From: a virus
IMG/VR virus record: IMGVR_UViG_3300034175_000060
Span: 22,209-86,208 of that record
DNA length: 64,000 bases
Direction: 5' to 3' (one strand)
The notes beneath the pieces were generated by a model. It was not told where the DNA came from, searched no databases, and was given only the letters and a program-made list of their open reading frames with translations. Each line of letters opens with the position of its first letter. Position 1 is the first letter of the stretch. Shown in pieces: positions 39,580-50,443 of this stretch. Both the position numbers and the translations under genes were made by a program.

Positions 39580-42003
39580 TTAATTTGTATGCATCAAGAA
39601 TAACCTACAATGTTAAGAATGTCAAGAATTATCAAGGCTTCCTATCATCTCTCACAACACGCGTTGCAGGAGGTTCTGGAGGTGGTGGAGGAATCTTATC
39701 AGATTTACTAGCCGACTCTCCAGCCGTCAAAAGAAGCTTCAAGGTGGTAAGCTCGGAAAGCTGAATAGGAATGCTACTACCAGATTGGATACCAAGAATC
39801 ATTGAGTCTAGCATCATTAGTGCGATTTGTTTGTTGTTCATTTGTCAGCCTTCAATTTCTCAGTTGCTGCAAGAACGATGGCAAGATTCACCAACTCACG
39901 ATTAGACAGATATCCTTTGTCAGCATAATAAACGCACACAGGAGTGATTCCGTCACGAGCCATTGCTGTAACGTATTTCTCGTAGAAGTGTACGCTAATT
40001 TGCATGTCTTTCATAATATTGAAAGTATAGTCGTCATTGTGTACAATACAAGGTAAATCACCAAATCTGTTGCGAATCCACGCGCAGCAGCCATCGTCAA
40101 ACACTTCAGCAGAAACGTCGTTAGCGTGCCAGTAATCTAGTTCAATTTGGGTAATGTCGTAATTCATACAATCTCCTTCAATGTGAAGCGCTCAAATTGC
40201 CAGCATTGCCACTTAGGCATACCTTCCAACACTAGACAACCATCTCCTGCAAGAGTTTCCACAACATACTCATTACCAAGTGTGAGGCCGTCTACAGGGC
40301 CTGATAGCTCTTTTGTGTAGATTACTTTGTCGCCGGGGTGGAATGTGTTCATTGGAAACCGTCCGCGATCTGAGAGGCTGTGTCATATGCGGCTTGCAAA
40401 CCTGAGATATAATCCCATTCCTCGCCTTCAAGCTCAGCAGCATGTAGGAGTTCTCTCAAAGCATTTACAATTTTATATTCGATTTTCATATATTCTTTCA
40501 GTATGGAACAAGTTCATAAGGGAAATTATTCTAAAAACGCTCACCGAGGATTTTTAAGGCAGCAATCAATTTCTCTGCATTCGCTTTCGTGAGGGACTCT
40601 GGCACATGAATGCTAAAGAATAGGGAGAGGGCTTTATCGTGGCTCATGTTATTCCTTAAAATAAAAGTGGCGACTCTGGAATGAATCATTGTTCATCTTT
40701 CCGGGAATTACAATGCTGCCGAAGTCATCTGTAAAACCTTCAATCGTGTAATGCTTACGGCTGTGAGGCGTTTGATAGGCATGTGGCAGGGATTCTACTA
40801 GGGACTTTAGCGAGTTGTAACCAAGGTGCTCTGGGAAGGTGTAAGGACTCATTTTAAAATCCTTCTGCAATAGATTGAGCTTTAGAGAGCGCGGCTTGAA
40901 TCCCTTTGGCATACCAGATATCTTGTGCCTCTGCGTAAGCACTCGCATTTTCTTTAGCTGCTTCATGCATTTCTTCCAGTGCTTCTACAATTCGTTCTGC
41001 GGTGGTCATTTAGCTCTCCTTTATTTATAAACAGTTTTCGATGGAACTACTTCAGCAGTGATGTATTCATATTTCAACAGCAAATCTACCCAGCGACTGT
41101 CAGGTTGGCTCCATCCTTCGAAGCGCTCTTTGCTGTTTTGCCACCATTCATAATTCAAAGCTACGATATCTTTAATATCTTCAATATCCGTTTTCTGTTG
41201 ATATCTAGCCACAGCACACCAGTTACTTTCGCCAAAGCATGTGATTTCCACACTACCACTTTTGTAGAAGCCATCAACGATGAAAGAATCTTTAGTGAGC
41301 GCTACATTTACGCCAGCTTCCAAAAGTTCTTGGATGAAACTTGGGATGATTCGGTTAGTCATTTGGTTCTTCCACTTGTACACTGAATTCAATATAATTT
41401 GCAGCCCATTCTTCTGCAATTTCGTCAAGCAGCTTTTCACGCTCTTTCGCGTTGAGGTTCTCCCACAGGTCGTCATCAATTTCTTCTATATCCGTCCGTA
41501 CAGCAGTTGGATATCCAATAGATAGGTGCAATTTAATAGTTGGCATTTCGTTTCCTTGTTGTGAGGTAGTGAATCTATTTTAGGACAACTCTCACAACAG
41601 TGCAAGAGTTTTGTGAAGAATTTAGGTCATCGTATGAACATACTCGACAAAGGCTGCACAGGTTCGGTGGTTAGGCATTAACACGAAGCATCCCGCAGTG
41701 GTGTCATACACCTCCACCAAGACACTTTTGATTCTGTGAAGCGTAGGCACGTCCAAGGCTGTCTGAAGCTGATGCAGAGCTTCTATGGCTGTCGGAGCGG
41801 TGACATAGAAGTAGTCCTTTTCCAGAGGATTTGTGAATTTCACTATGATGCAATACATGTTAGACGGCATTTGTTGGGCCAAGTTGAATAAAAGCCTATA
41901 ATACCGCTGGGAAAGGTTGCTGTCAAGGATTTTGTGTTGGTGTTTGATACATTTTGATAAAAAGAAAGAGGCTGCACCTATTTGGTGAGCCTCCATAATA
42001 ATA

Positions 42004-42438
42004 TCATGATATCTTTTCAGGGAGATTAAAGTAGTCAATCAAACTATATTGTAGTTTTCCGTAGAATCCGCAAAAGACACTCTGTCGGTATGTATGGATA
42101 ACGTCTAGTTGGTCACACTCGTACACGGCAAGCATTAACCCAAAGTCATGTAGCTCCACCATCCAATCTCGATATGGCACCCAAGCTAGCAAATCACTTA
42201 CATTTGCGAACGCGAAAAAATAATCCGTCAACGTTTTACCACGAATGGCTATCTCTTTCATCAAGTGTTCGTTACCTGCGGGGCCGGGATGCATATCAGG
42301 CTCGTCCCCACCAAAAACAACGTACGGTGCAACAACACTATTCATCTCGTGGTAAAGCCCCTCACCCCCTAAATACTCTATTCGATACAGGGTTGTTCGG
42401 CCAATAATCTTAACATCTTGTTCATTACATTTTGGCAT
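42004..42438 (-). CDS. Phage hypothetical protein, possible ADP-ribosyltransferase-like fold
   Basis: LYRIE...GLY...HPGP...FFAFA...L..W...LAVYE...QSVF. Confidence 0.5.
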   Translation of the reverse strand: MPKCNEQDVKIIGRTTLYRIEYLGGEGLYHEMNSVVAPYVVFGGDEPDMHPGPAGNEHLMKEIAIRGKTLTDYFFAFANVSDLLAWVPYRDWMVELHDFGLMLAVYECDQLDVIHTYRQSVFCGFYGKLQYSLIDYFNLPEKIS

Positions 42439-42554
42439 AGTACGTCTCCTAGCTAACAAGTTAAAGGGCCAATGCCACCAAACATTAAGTCAGCAGTATC
42501 GGCCCTTGCAGTGTTACGGTCAAGCAAAAAATTGCCTGTTGCTAACATGAGACA

Positions 42555-43085
42555 TTACATGTCTTCGCTATTTACAGCAGCGAAGGCAGCATTGATTGCA
42601 GCGGTCATAGAGATGGTGAGTGCAGCTTGCAGTTTTACCATGTATTCATCTTTGTTCCACTCTTTCTTTGGTGCTTCGACAGGTTGAACTTCTACGGCTG
42701 GTTGGGTATCGGCAGCGCGGCGGAACGTGTCATTGACATTTTTAGCCACTGCCGTTTTATGATCTGCGAAGCTTTTCGACAACCGGTCACGAAGTTTCAG
42801 GCCGTACTTGACATCATACTCTTGTGCAAACTGTTCAGCAGCACGTGCTTTCTCTTCATCGTTCAGTCGAGTGCACGAGTTGTAGAATTCCAAGCTAGTG
42901 ACATGAGTGCGTTTACCACTACCTTCAGCCCACATTTCAACAGACTTGCGGCTCACGTTCAGGCTGTTGACAAAGAATGCGCAGAATTTACCATCTGGAC
43001 CTTTACGGAGAACCACTGGCAGGCTGTTCAGCAGTGCTGGGTTGATCGAAGCGTTAGCGGTGTTTTGGGCGGTAGCATTCATCAT
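42555..43085 (-). CDS. First gene of the early array, hypothetical
   Basis: AAGGA SD, promoter at 43187-43214, codon bias similar to the capsid gene. Confidence 0.75.
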   Translation of the reverse strand: MMNATAQNTANASINPALLNSLPVVLRKGPDGKFCAFFVNSLNVSRKSVEMWAEGSGKRTHVTSLEFYNSCTRLNDEEKARAAEQFAQEYDVKYGLKLRDRLSKSFADHKTAVAKNVNDTFRRAADTQPAVEVQPVEAPKKEWNKDEYMVKLQAALTISMTAAINAAFAAVNSEDM

Positions 43086-43339
43086 TTTGAGTATTCCTTT
43101 AAGTTTAGAGAGAAGTTTCATTTTAAGTTCCCGTTAGTGGGTGGCTAGAGCAACGTTTGTTTGGTTGTCTCGCTGCCATGTGAAGAAGCATAACATAACC
43201 AAGACAGATGTCAACAACAAAACAGTGAAATTCTCAAAATATTTTGAAAAAAGGCCCTTTACTTGTAAAAACTGTAAGAAAAGTGTTGACAAATAGCATC
43301 TTTTGTGCTATAATAGTTCTTTGAGATATAGGAGTTACC

Positions 43340-43555
43340 ATGATTGATCTACAAAAGGCTATCGAACTACGAGAAGCGGGACACACGTACCCACAGATAG
43401 CCCACAAGCTAGGTATCAGTAAGGCGTGGTGTGCAGCTAACTTAAAGGGTGTGCATAAGGGTAAGTTGACATTGACCCCTTCCAGCGAGTCTGACTACAG
43501 AGCGCAGGTAGCCAACATACTAGAGGAGATGCTAGAGAGAGTACGAGCACTATGA
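43340..43555 (+). CDS. Small HTH DNA-binding protein (paralog of 20163-20381)
   Basis: REAGHTYPQIAHKLGISKAWC; promoter TTGACA-17-TATAAT at 43286-43314. Confidence 0.8.
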   Translation: MIDLQKAIELREAGHTYPQIAHKLGISKAWCAANLKGVHKGKLTLTPSSESDYRAQVANILEEMLERVRAL

Positions 43556-44703
43556 TTGACGAGTACATTGGGACGTTGCAGGAAGGTAAGTACGAAATTT
43601 TGGAGTGGACAGGTGAGAAGTCTCACGGGCAGTTGATCTATAGAGTCAGATGCCTCAAGTGTGCTGCACAGCCTAATCTCATTGGAGATGCCCTCTTCAC
43701 TGCAACTAAGCGGCTGATAGGGAAAGGGAATTTCTGTGACTGTAGAAGCAACCAAAGAGCAGCAGAGGAACTACAAACACTCGAAGATATCCAAAAACTC
43801 TTGGAAGACAATAATTTTGAGCTTATCCACCATTGCGGATCGTTCAGGTTGCGAGTGTTCGACAAGTTACACAACTGCTGTGTAAAAATAGTGACAGGGA
43901 AGAATTTATTGAATCCAGATTACGATTGGGAAAGCCTCAGATGTTACGCAGCCAATCGTACTGTAGAAAGACTAAACAACCTTGTTGGAACAATGTTCCC
44001 TGTAGGCACTAAATTTTTTAAGGACTTTGGCAATAAGAAACACAGCTTAATGTTTTGCCCCATATGTGCTGAAGATGATTACTCTAAAGCTGGTACTTGC
44101 AATGGGTTGTTTAGCGCACAAAGTGGTGTCTTACTCAAAGGGGCTAGACCCTGTAGATGTGCGAGAAATCATCAACTAACAGAAGTACAAGAAGAACTAA
44201 GAGTGAGAAATTTATCAAAAGACACTCCTTACACTTACTTGCACAGTCACAAAGTTGATGGAAAGATGTTGTACAAATTCCGTTGTGATCTACATGGAGA
44301 GTTTGACAAGAACAGGACAAGTGTACTTCAAGGCAGGTATTGCAGAGAGTGCTCTCCCGGTGGATTTAAGACTGAGAAACCTGCACTAGTTTACGTGTTG
44401 AAAATAGAACATGATAGCGGTCAAGTCTTCACTGGTTATGGTATCTCAAATAACTACACCACCCGACGAAAAGAACATGTCCGCTATCTCTGTGAAAAAG
44501 GCTATGAAATAATTGATGAGTCATTATATCACATGAGCGGCGTATCTGCACAAGAAACAGAGTATCTAGTGAAACAAAACTTTCCCTTAGCTTCGATCAA
44601 TGTTACAGGTTTTATAACCGAGACAACTTTAGGAAATCTTTTTGAACATGTAAAAAATTTCGTTGAATCATCGCCATTTTACCATGAACAAACCATAGCA
44701 TAG
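43552..44703 (+). CDS. Cys-rich endonuclease-like protein (same C-terminal domain as 2717 and 4247)
   Basis: Multiple CxxC motifs, CDLHGEF...CREC, GFKTEKPALVYVL...GYGISNN...R...E...GFITET. Confidence 0.7.
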   Translation: MIDEYIGTLQEGKYEILEWTGEKSHGQLIYRVRCLKCAAQPNLIGDALFTATKRLIGKGNFCDCRSNQRAAEELQTLEDIQKLLEDNNFELIHHCGSFRLRVFDKLHNCCVKIVTGKNLLNPDYDWESLRCYAANRTVERLNNLVGTMFPVGTKFFKDFGNKKHSLMFCPICAEDDYSKAGTCNGLFSAQSGVLLKGARPCRCARNHQLTEVQEELRVRNLSKDTPYTYLHSHKVDGKMLYKFRCDLHGEFDKNRTSVLQGRYCRECSPGGFKTEKPALVYVLKIEHDSGQVFTGYGISNNYTTRRKEHVRYLCEKGYEIIDESLYHMSGVSAQETEYLVKQNFPLASINVTGFITETTLGNLFEHVKNFVESSPFYHEQTIA

Positions 44704-44761
44704 AACGGTGCTGTTGGGTAGGTTTATTTCATGTGGATTACCTTGAACCCTCCTATCTGTG

Positions 44762-45100
44762 CTACTCTGTTCTAGTTGGCAGAGGATTGTAACCAGCATC
44801 CTTGCACTTCACTTCAGCACGAGTAACAGGGTTCTTACATGAAGGCTCTACACGCTCCACAGGACCATTGACAGGCTTACTAGGCCCATCACCGTCAGGA
44901 TTGTAATCATATGATGCAGCCATACACCGCAAACGAGGGGAAATCTGTTCTTCCAGAGGCTCGTTCTTTTCACCTTCTGCCACCTTGGCGATTATTTCTA
45001 AACACACAGGCAAATCACTGAGCTTATCGACAAACCGAACATGGACAATCGGAGTAGTTGACACTAAGTAGACGAGGACGATACTTGTTAAGATAGTCAT
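44762..45100 (-). CDS. Hypothetical protein with hydrophobic N-terminus
   Basis: TAAGGA SD; MTILTSIVLVYLVS; 4 Cys. Confidence 0.6.
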   Translation of the reverse strand: MTILTSIVLVYLVSTTPIVHVRFVDKLSDLPVCLEIIAKVAEGEKNEPLEEQISPRLRCMAASYDYNPDGDGPSKPVNGPVERVEPSCKNPVTRAEVKCKDAGYNPLPTRTE

Positions 45101-45319
45101 TTTGATTCCTTAATTTATTTTGAGAAATATTCTCAGGGACAATGCTGTGCATTGCCTGTATAAAAACACAGCCCGTTTCCTGAGAGAAATAAACAGGCTT
45201 GTCAACTACTCCTTACTCCCAGACTCCCAGAAAATCTCCCACAAGAATAAATGTAAATTTCTGGTAGAGTTTCTGGAAAATCTGGAATTCAATCTGAAAC
45301 GCTAATCCTATTTCTCAGT

Positions 45320-45667
45320 TTACCTAACGGTGCCATCACGATTGTACTTAGCCAAATACTTTTCAGCATCACCGCTAGAAACATACAGCGCAATGGCTTT
45401 CTCTGTGAATTTCAACAGACTTGAATTCTTCTGTCGAAGGTCTTTCAACATATCTTCACCAAAACTCCAAGTAGGTTCAACACGCTTAGGAGTATGCACT
45501 AACGTAAGCTCCACAGCGCAATACATGGAGTGTTGTACAGATAAGCTCAAACTCATCACGGTATAATTTTCTCCTACCATTTCAAGTTTCATACCATCTT
45601 CTTGAAGCTTATAGTAAAATTTCTTAGCAGCTTCGTAGTTATTGAATTCAATTCGCATATCAATCAC
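45320..45667 (-). CDS. Hypothetical protein
   Basis: 115-aa ORF overlapping the upstream stop. Confidence 0.6.
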   Translation of the reverse strand: MIDMRIEFNNYEAAKKFYYKLQEDGMKLEMVGENYTVMSLSLSVQHSMYCAVELTLVHTPKRVEPTWSFGEDMLKDLRQKNSSLLKFTEKAIALYVSSGDAEKYLAKYNRDGTVR

Positions 45668-47055
45668 CCTTGCTTAATCAAAGTAGCAAACACAGTGGAT
45701 TCAATACCTTCAGCACCACTCTCTGCATAGAATGTAGACCACCAACCATCTGGCAAGACAAACGTAGAAGTTTGACCATTACCAAGCTTACCAGTGTTGA
45801 CAACTTCTTGATTCTTCCCTTTCACCCACCCCCACACAGACAGACAAACTTTAGCACCACCAGTTGCTGTAACCTTAAGCTCGACTTTATCACCAGATTT
45901 AAGTTCTGCCCAAGTAACTTTACTAATACCTCGACTACCGCTGTTAATCAATTTAATTGGTGTTTTAGAAGCAGGGAACTTCAAACACTGCTCCCATGTG
46001 TCGTAGAAAGCACCTCCAGCATTCACAGACCTATAATCAGTCTCACTTTCAAGCCGCCACGGCCCGCGCATAGACAAGACATTCTGCGCCACTTTAGGAG
46101 GCACTGGTGCTTCCACTCCGTTGATAGAGCCAGCTACCCACTTCTCAGCACCAGTCACCATACGCAAAGCTTCACGGATAGTGTCCATATCGTCTGCCAC
46201 AGCTTGATTCCAACCACCTTTTGCGGTTCCCATGATATTAAAGCCGCTACCATTTTCTACATAAATGGAAAAAGGTGTACCTGAATTCTGGTCAATAACA
46301 TAAGCACCATACTTCTTTAATGTGTTAGCAATCTTACGCAATTGATGTGTGCACAGCTTACTCGTGTCAAAACTCGGAGGTAGCATAAGCAGAGCGCCTT
46401 CAGGAATGCCCCCGAAATTCACCGAATCTGCATATTGATCTGCTGAAGTGGCAGGGTAGATGTACGCTGGATGATGTCCCAGTCCGCTGAAAGTGAGGGA
46501 CATGGAAAGAGCATGCTCATAATTAGCTTTCTTGTCATTTACTTCATGTTTGCGAATCAATCCCCCAATAGGAGGGACCGCCGCAGCACGTGCACCTTGA
46601 TAATGGTGGGCAGGATTGCCCCAGCCTGTGCCAGTGATATGCGACCAAGCGTATTGAGCACACACCCACTCACTATCTACTTTCTTCAAGCACCAGAAAG
46701 AGTGGATAATGCCGGTGGTTGAGTCAACAACATCACAATGGCCGTCACCACTAGTAGAAGGGACAGCACTAGCAGGCCAGTGAGGAATAGTGACAGAAGG
46801 TTTATCAACCTCTGAATCAGGGTCATTAATACCTTTCCATCCGGGTAGAGGGTAGAATGTCATAGGAGGGTCGCTCTCTACAGCTTCAAAAACGCCAGTT
46901 GAATATGCACCTTCACCGATGCTTGGATAATAGCTATCTTTTGGAATTACAAAGCTGCCAAACTGAGGATTGATTGGCCTAGAGTTCCAAGGGGAGTAGG
47001 AGATGAAGGGTTTGTAGAAATTACCAAACAAAGTTTTATTGTCGTAAGCAGCCAT
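45664..47055 (-). CDS. Bacterial-type hypothetical protein of 463 aa, possibly carbohydrate/surface active
   Basis: DGHCDVVD...GARAAAVPPIGGLIR...HAL...YPATSAD...IPEGALLML...LKKYGAYVID; Trp/Gly/Pro-rich. Confidence 0.7.
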   Translation of the reverse strand: MAAYDNKTLFGNFYKPFISYSPWNSRPINPQFGSFVIPKDSYYPSIGEGAYSTGVFEAVESDPPMTFYPLPGWKGINDPDSEVDKPSVTIPHWPASAVPSTSGDGHCDVVDSTTGIIHSFWCLKKVDSEWVCAQYAWSHITGTGWGNPAHHYQGARAAAVPPIGGLIRKHEVNDKKANYEHALSMSLTFSGLGHHPAYIYPATSADQYADSVNFGGIPEGALLMLPPSFDTSKLCTHQLRKIANTLKKYGAYVIDQNSGTPFSIYVENGSGFNIMGTAKGGWNQAVADDMDTIREALRMVTGAEKWVAGSINGVEAPVPPKVAQNVLSMRGPWRLESETDYRSVNAGGAFYDTWEQCLKFPASKTPIKLINSGSRGISKVTWAELKSGDKVELKVTATGGAKVCLSVWGWVKGKNQEVVNTGKLGNGQTSTFVLPDGWWSTFYAESGAEGIESTVFATLIKQG

Positions 47056-47504
47056 TATTTTTCCATTTCTTTAAGCAGGTTGAAGAGGTTTACAATTTGT
47101 ACAACTTCTTGTTCTGTAATTTGTTTGCCAGACAAATTGTTGAAGTTGTCAGAGACAAGAGATTCGGTAGATTTCTTAGTTACAGTGATTTCTTTGGTTG
47201 TAGGATATTTATATTTCACATGAGTGAAATCAAGGTATTCGATAGTTTCTGTCCAATGAACGCTGTCAGGCTCGTCAAAGGCATCTTCAAGTGTCATTTC
47301 AGGTTTGTGCAAGCGCCAGTGAGTAATGTCATAGTCACACAAGTCATTTTCCCAAAAACACTCACTGGTGTCTGGTATATCATTCGTATAATTTAGCGCA
47401 GGAACAGCAAAATACTCTTCTCCGCACCTGTACATAATATCAACAAGAGTTCCTTCTGCTACAGGGCATACACCAGTAGTATTCTCAATCCATTTATCAC
47501 TCAT
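47055..47504 (-). CDS. Phage hypothetical protein
   Basis: WIENTTGVCPV..GTLVD..YR.G...W......DITHWR, a common small phage domain. Confidence 0.65.
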   Translation of the reverse strand: MSDKWIENTTGVCPVAEGTLVDIMYRCGEEYFAVPALNYTNDIPDTSECFWENDLCDYDITHWRLHKPEMTLEDAFDEPDSVHWTETIEYLDFTHVKYKYPTTKEITVTKKSTESLVSDNFNNLSGKQITEQEVVQIVNLFNLLKEMEK

Positions 47505-48116
47505 CCACAACTCCCAACGATTTAAGATTATTAAAAATAGCCAACCTGCTCTCTGCGATATCAAGCTTGAAGCTCAACTCAGAAATCATTTTCCTCTGTG
47601 CGTTCAAATACTCCGACACGAAAATTACCAACACATCGTCTTTGCTCGGGCAATCACTGGCAAGATTTGTTCGATGTTGATCCACGTACAATTTAAACTC
47701 TGCCAGCAAATGATCTTCTTCATCCCTCATTATTCTCTCCATTGTGTGCTGCTTCGATTGATGTGTTCATTGCACGCCAGTCTTTCATGCTAACGTTGAA
47801 AGTTGTGGAAACATCGTGCCACACATCCATAACAACTAACTCTACCATTCCGGGGTAATAGGACACAACAAATTTATCCATCCCGCTTTCACGCTCAAAA
47901 ACTATCATTTTTCTCTCCTTTAATAATCAAATACATAATATCAAACAACAAATATACAGCAACTACCAAAGTTGCTACAAGTAAACCTTCTATCACAATT
48001 TTAGGAGGAACATAGCAGACAACTAGCAAGAGCACTATAACAGTGCAAACAATCATTATAACATTTACAAGCTTCATAACTCCTCCAAGATTTGTGAGAA
48101 TTCTGTGTGTAAGATC

Positions 48117-48196
48117 ATTGTACGCCTGAATTGTGCACTGTCAAGAATTTTGTGAGAATTGTTTGCTATTGACACCTCACGGATTTGTGATAGAAT
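48117..48196. promoter_or_regulatory. Divergent promoter pair
   Basis: - strand TTGACA-16-TACAAT (48117-48144) and + strand TTGACA-16-TAGAAT (48169-48196). Confidence 0.7.
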
Positions 48197-48303
48197 AGAA
48201 TTTCTACAATTACGCCCAACACCTCTGCGTAATTCTCTCTGGCTGTGCACAGCCCCTCTTCTCAATCCTGAGAAAATTTAATTAAATTGAAAGAATAATA
48301 AAT

Positions 48304-50391
48304 ATGGCAATTGATCCAATTAGCGAAGTATTTGGCTTCCCTGTGAATAATGCCGGCGAGATAGTTGCGAAAGCCGGGTCGAATGATACAGTTATTGTTG
48401 GTCAGCTTAATCCTAACATGATTCCAGTGGATGTTGCAACTGGCGCTCTGATTATCGCAGGTTTGGGTGGTGCTCAAGCAACTATTTCTGGCACTTACCG
48501 TGTCGGCCAAGTTCTGACAGCAGCACCTTCTCCGGGTTATACATTTACTGCTGGTGTCTGGAAGCGTGACGGTGTTGCTATTTCTGGTGCAACGTCCCTC
48601 CAGTATACGCAAGTTTTGGCCGATCTGAACAAGGTTATTAGCTTCACTCCAACAAACCCAGTCTACGCAGCCATCGGCGGTGTTACAGGTTCCGCAGAAG
48701 CCACACCTATCACTGTTCCGGGCGCACCTACTATCGGTTCCTTGGTAGCAGGTAATAGTAAGGCTACAGCAAACTGGACAGCCCCAGCAAGTAACGGTGG
48801 TGCAGCTATCACTGGCTACAAAGTAACGGCTTCGAATGGTCAAATTGTTACAGCCGCTGCTAACGCTACATCTATTGATGTTCCGGGTACTAATGGTAAT
48901 GCATTCACGGTAGTTGTGCAAGCGCTTAATAGCATTGGCTACGGTCCTGCTTCTGCAACCTCTAACAGTGCTACTCCTGTTGCTGCTGGAGAGGTTGCTA
49001 CATTGCGACAAGTGGCAGACCGTTCGTTCTTCCCAACAGACGTTGCTACACAGACCAAAGCGCTGTTTAGCTCGGTGCACACTGCAATGGATGATTTGAC
49101 CGCGCTCGACATCGGTTACGCGCTGTTCACCACACAAGACGAAACCACCACCGACATCGGTAATGTGGAAATGTCCCTTGTAGTCGAATTCCCTGTTGCA
49201 TCGGGTACGCAGGTCACGCTGACTACTAGTGCTACTGGTGCTCCGGGCGGTGTTGTTCGCACTGGGTTGCAGCCGCTGGGCTTTACCATTCCCAAAGGAT
49301 CACGCTTCAAGATCAAAGGGGCGTTCAACTGCACAGGTGCTCGCTTCCCCTACTGCAAGATGGGTTCGGGCCGCACGTACGGCAGCACCTACGAACTGTT
49401 CGCACAACAGTCCACAACGAATGTGCTGACCAAGCCGTATACCGATAGTGCTGCCACATGGAACGCTCGCGTAAACGACTTCGGTACTAACGTGCAGGCG
49501 CAATATGCAGTTATGCCAACGTTCATCCTCGGTATGAGCACTTGCAAATCGGTGTTTATCATGGGTGACTCGCGCTCGGCTGGTGGATCGCAGGACTTCG
49601 TCAACGACGAGACACTTCAGGCCGGTGCAGCATGCCGCTTCCTGAACGGCAAGATTGCATATATCAATGCCAGTATGAACGGGGACAAGGCGATTCAGTG
49701 GGCTAGTGGCGAACACGGCACCAAGCGTAAAAATACCGCCCTGCAATACTGCACAGGCTTTATGAATGCTATGGGAACGAACGACTATCCAGCAGCATCG
49801 GATGCTAATGCCCTGATCGCGCTTGATGCGCAAATCAAGACGAACGTTGCGGGTACAGCAGTTAATCCGTACTATGGTGTGACTGTCCCTCCAACCACAA
49901 CTGATTCGACCAATCGTTACTATATCGAGTCCGCGCAAACAGGCAATGTGTTCAGCCCCGCCCGCCGCTCGTTGAATTCGTATCGTATGGGTCAAGTTGG
50001 TCAAATGTACACGAAAGTGTTTGACCAAGCTGCAACATTCGAAGGTGTGGCTTTGGATAAGTGGGCAGTGGCTTCCACTGCGCGTGCACAGAACGTCACT
50101 ACTGTAGCGGGCAGTGAAGTCATCACAGGCACATTCACTCCTGCTGATGATGGTCTGTTCTGTTCAATTATTGGTGCTGATGCCGGTGCTGATTTCTTGT
50201 TCTATCTCAAGTACATCAATGCTACCACTTGTCATGCGCTGGGCGGCACCGGCGCAATCAAGCCAGTAACAACAGCAGGAACATTCAACACGTACTTTGG
50301 CTTCAACTACAACACGTACGACGGTATCCACGAAACAGTGGGTGGTGGCAAGCGTATGGCAGCGCTGGGCCTGACTGCAATGGTTGTATAA
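48304..50391 (+). CDS. Ig-like/FN3 plus SGNH (GDSL) hydrolase-domain protein
   Basis: WKRDGVAISGAT Ig-like segment; VPGAPT...WTAPASNGGAAITGY...VQALNSIGYGPAS FN3; SGNH blocks GDSR, NG, GTND and DGIH. Confidence 0.85.
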   Translation: MAIDPISEVFGFPVNNAGEIVAKAGSNDTVIVGQLNPNMIPVDVATGALIIAGLGGAQATISGTYRVGQVLTAAPSPGYTFTAGVWKRDGVAISGATSLQYTQVLADLNKVISFTPTNPVYAAIGGVTGSAEATPITVPGAPTIGSLVAGNSKATANWTAPASNGGAAITGYKVTASNGQIVTAAANATSIDVPGTNGNAFTVVVQALNSIGYGPASATSNSATPVAAGEVATLRQVADRSFFPTDVATQTKALFSSVHTAMDDLTALDIGYALFTTQDETTTDIGNVEMSLVVEFPVASGTQVTLTTSATGAPGGVVRTGLQPLGFTIPKGSRFKIKGAFNCTGARFPYCKMGSGRTYGSTYELFAQQSTTNVLTKPYTDSAATWNARVNDFGTNVQAQYAVMPTFILGMSTCKSVFIMGDSRSAGGSQDFVNDETLQAGAACRFLNGKIAYINASMNGDKAIQWASGEHGTKRKNTALQYCTGFMNAMGTNDYPAASDANALIALDAQIKTNVAGTAVNPYYGVTVPPTTTDSTNRYYIESAQTGNVFSPARRSLNSYRMGQVGQMYTKVFDQAATFEGVALDKWAVASTARAQNVTTVAGSEVITGTFTPADDGLFCSIIGADAGADFLFYLKYINATTCHALGGTGAIKPVTTAGTFNTYFGFNYNTYDGIHETVGGGKRMAALGLTAMVV

Positions 50392-50407
50392 CACGTAGCA
50401 TCAACAG

Positions 50408-50443
50408 AAGCCCTTCCTTGCTCATGCTTGGCGGGGCTTTTTT
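50408..50443 (+). terminator. Intrinsic terminator
   Basis: AAGCCC...GGGCTT followed by TTTT. Confidence 0.7.

Larger units (their letters stand above)
23244..43085 (-). other. Early / host-takeover-type array of several dozen small hypothetical genes with many sigma70 promoters
   Basis: Closely packed short - strand ORFs with SDs. Promoters include TTGCAT-17-TATTAT (23494-23522), TTGACA-17-TATGAT (25317-25345), TTGACG-17-TATAGT (36944-36972), TTGACA-17-TATTCT (39597-39625) and TTGACA-16-TATGCT (43187-43214). Confidence 0.8.
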
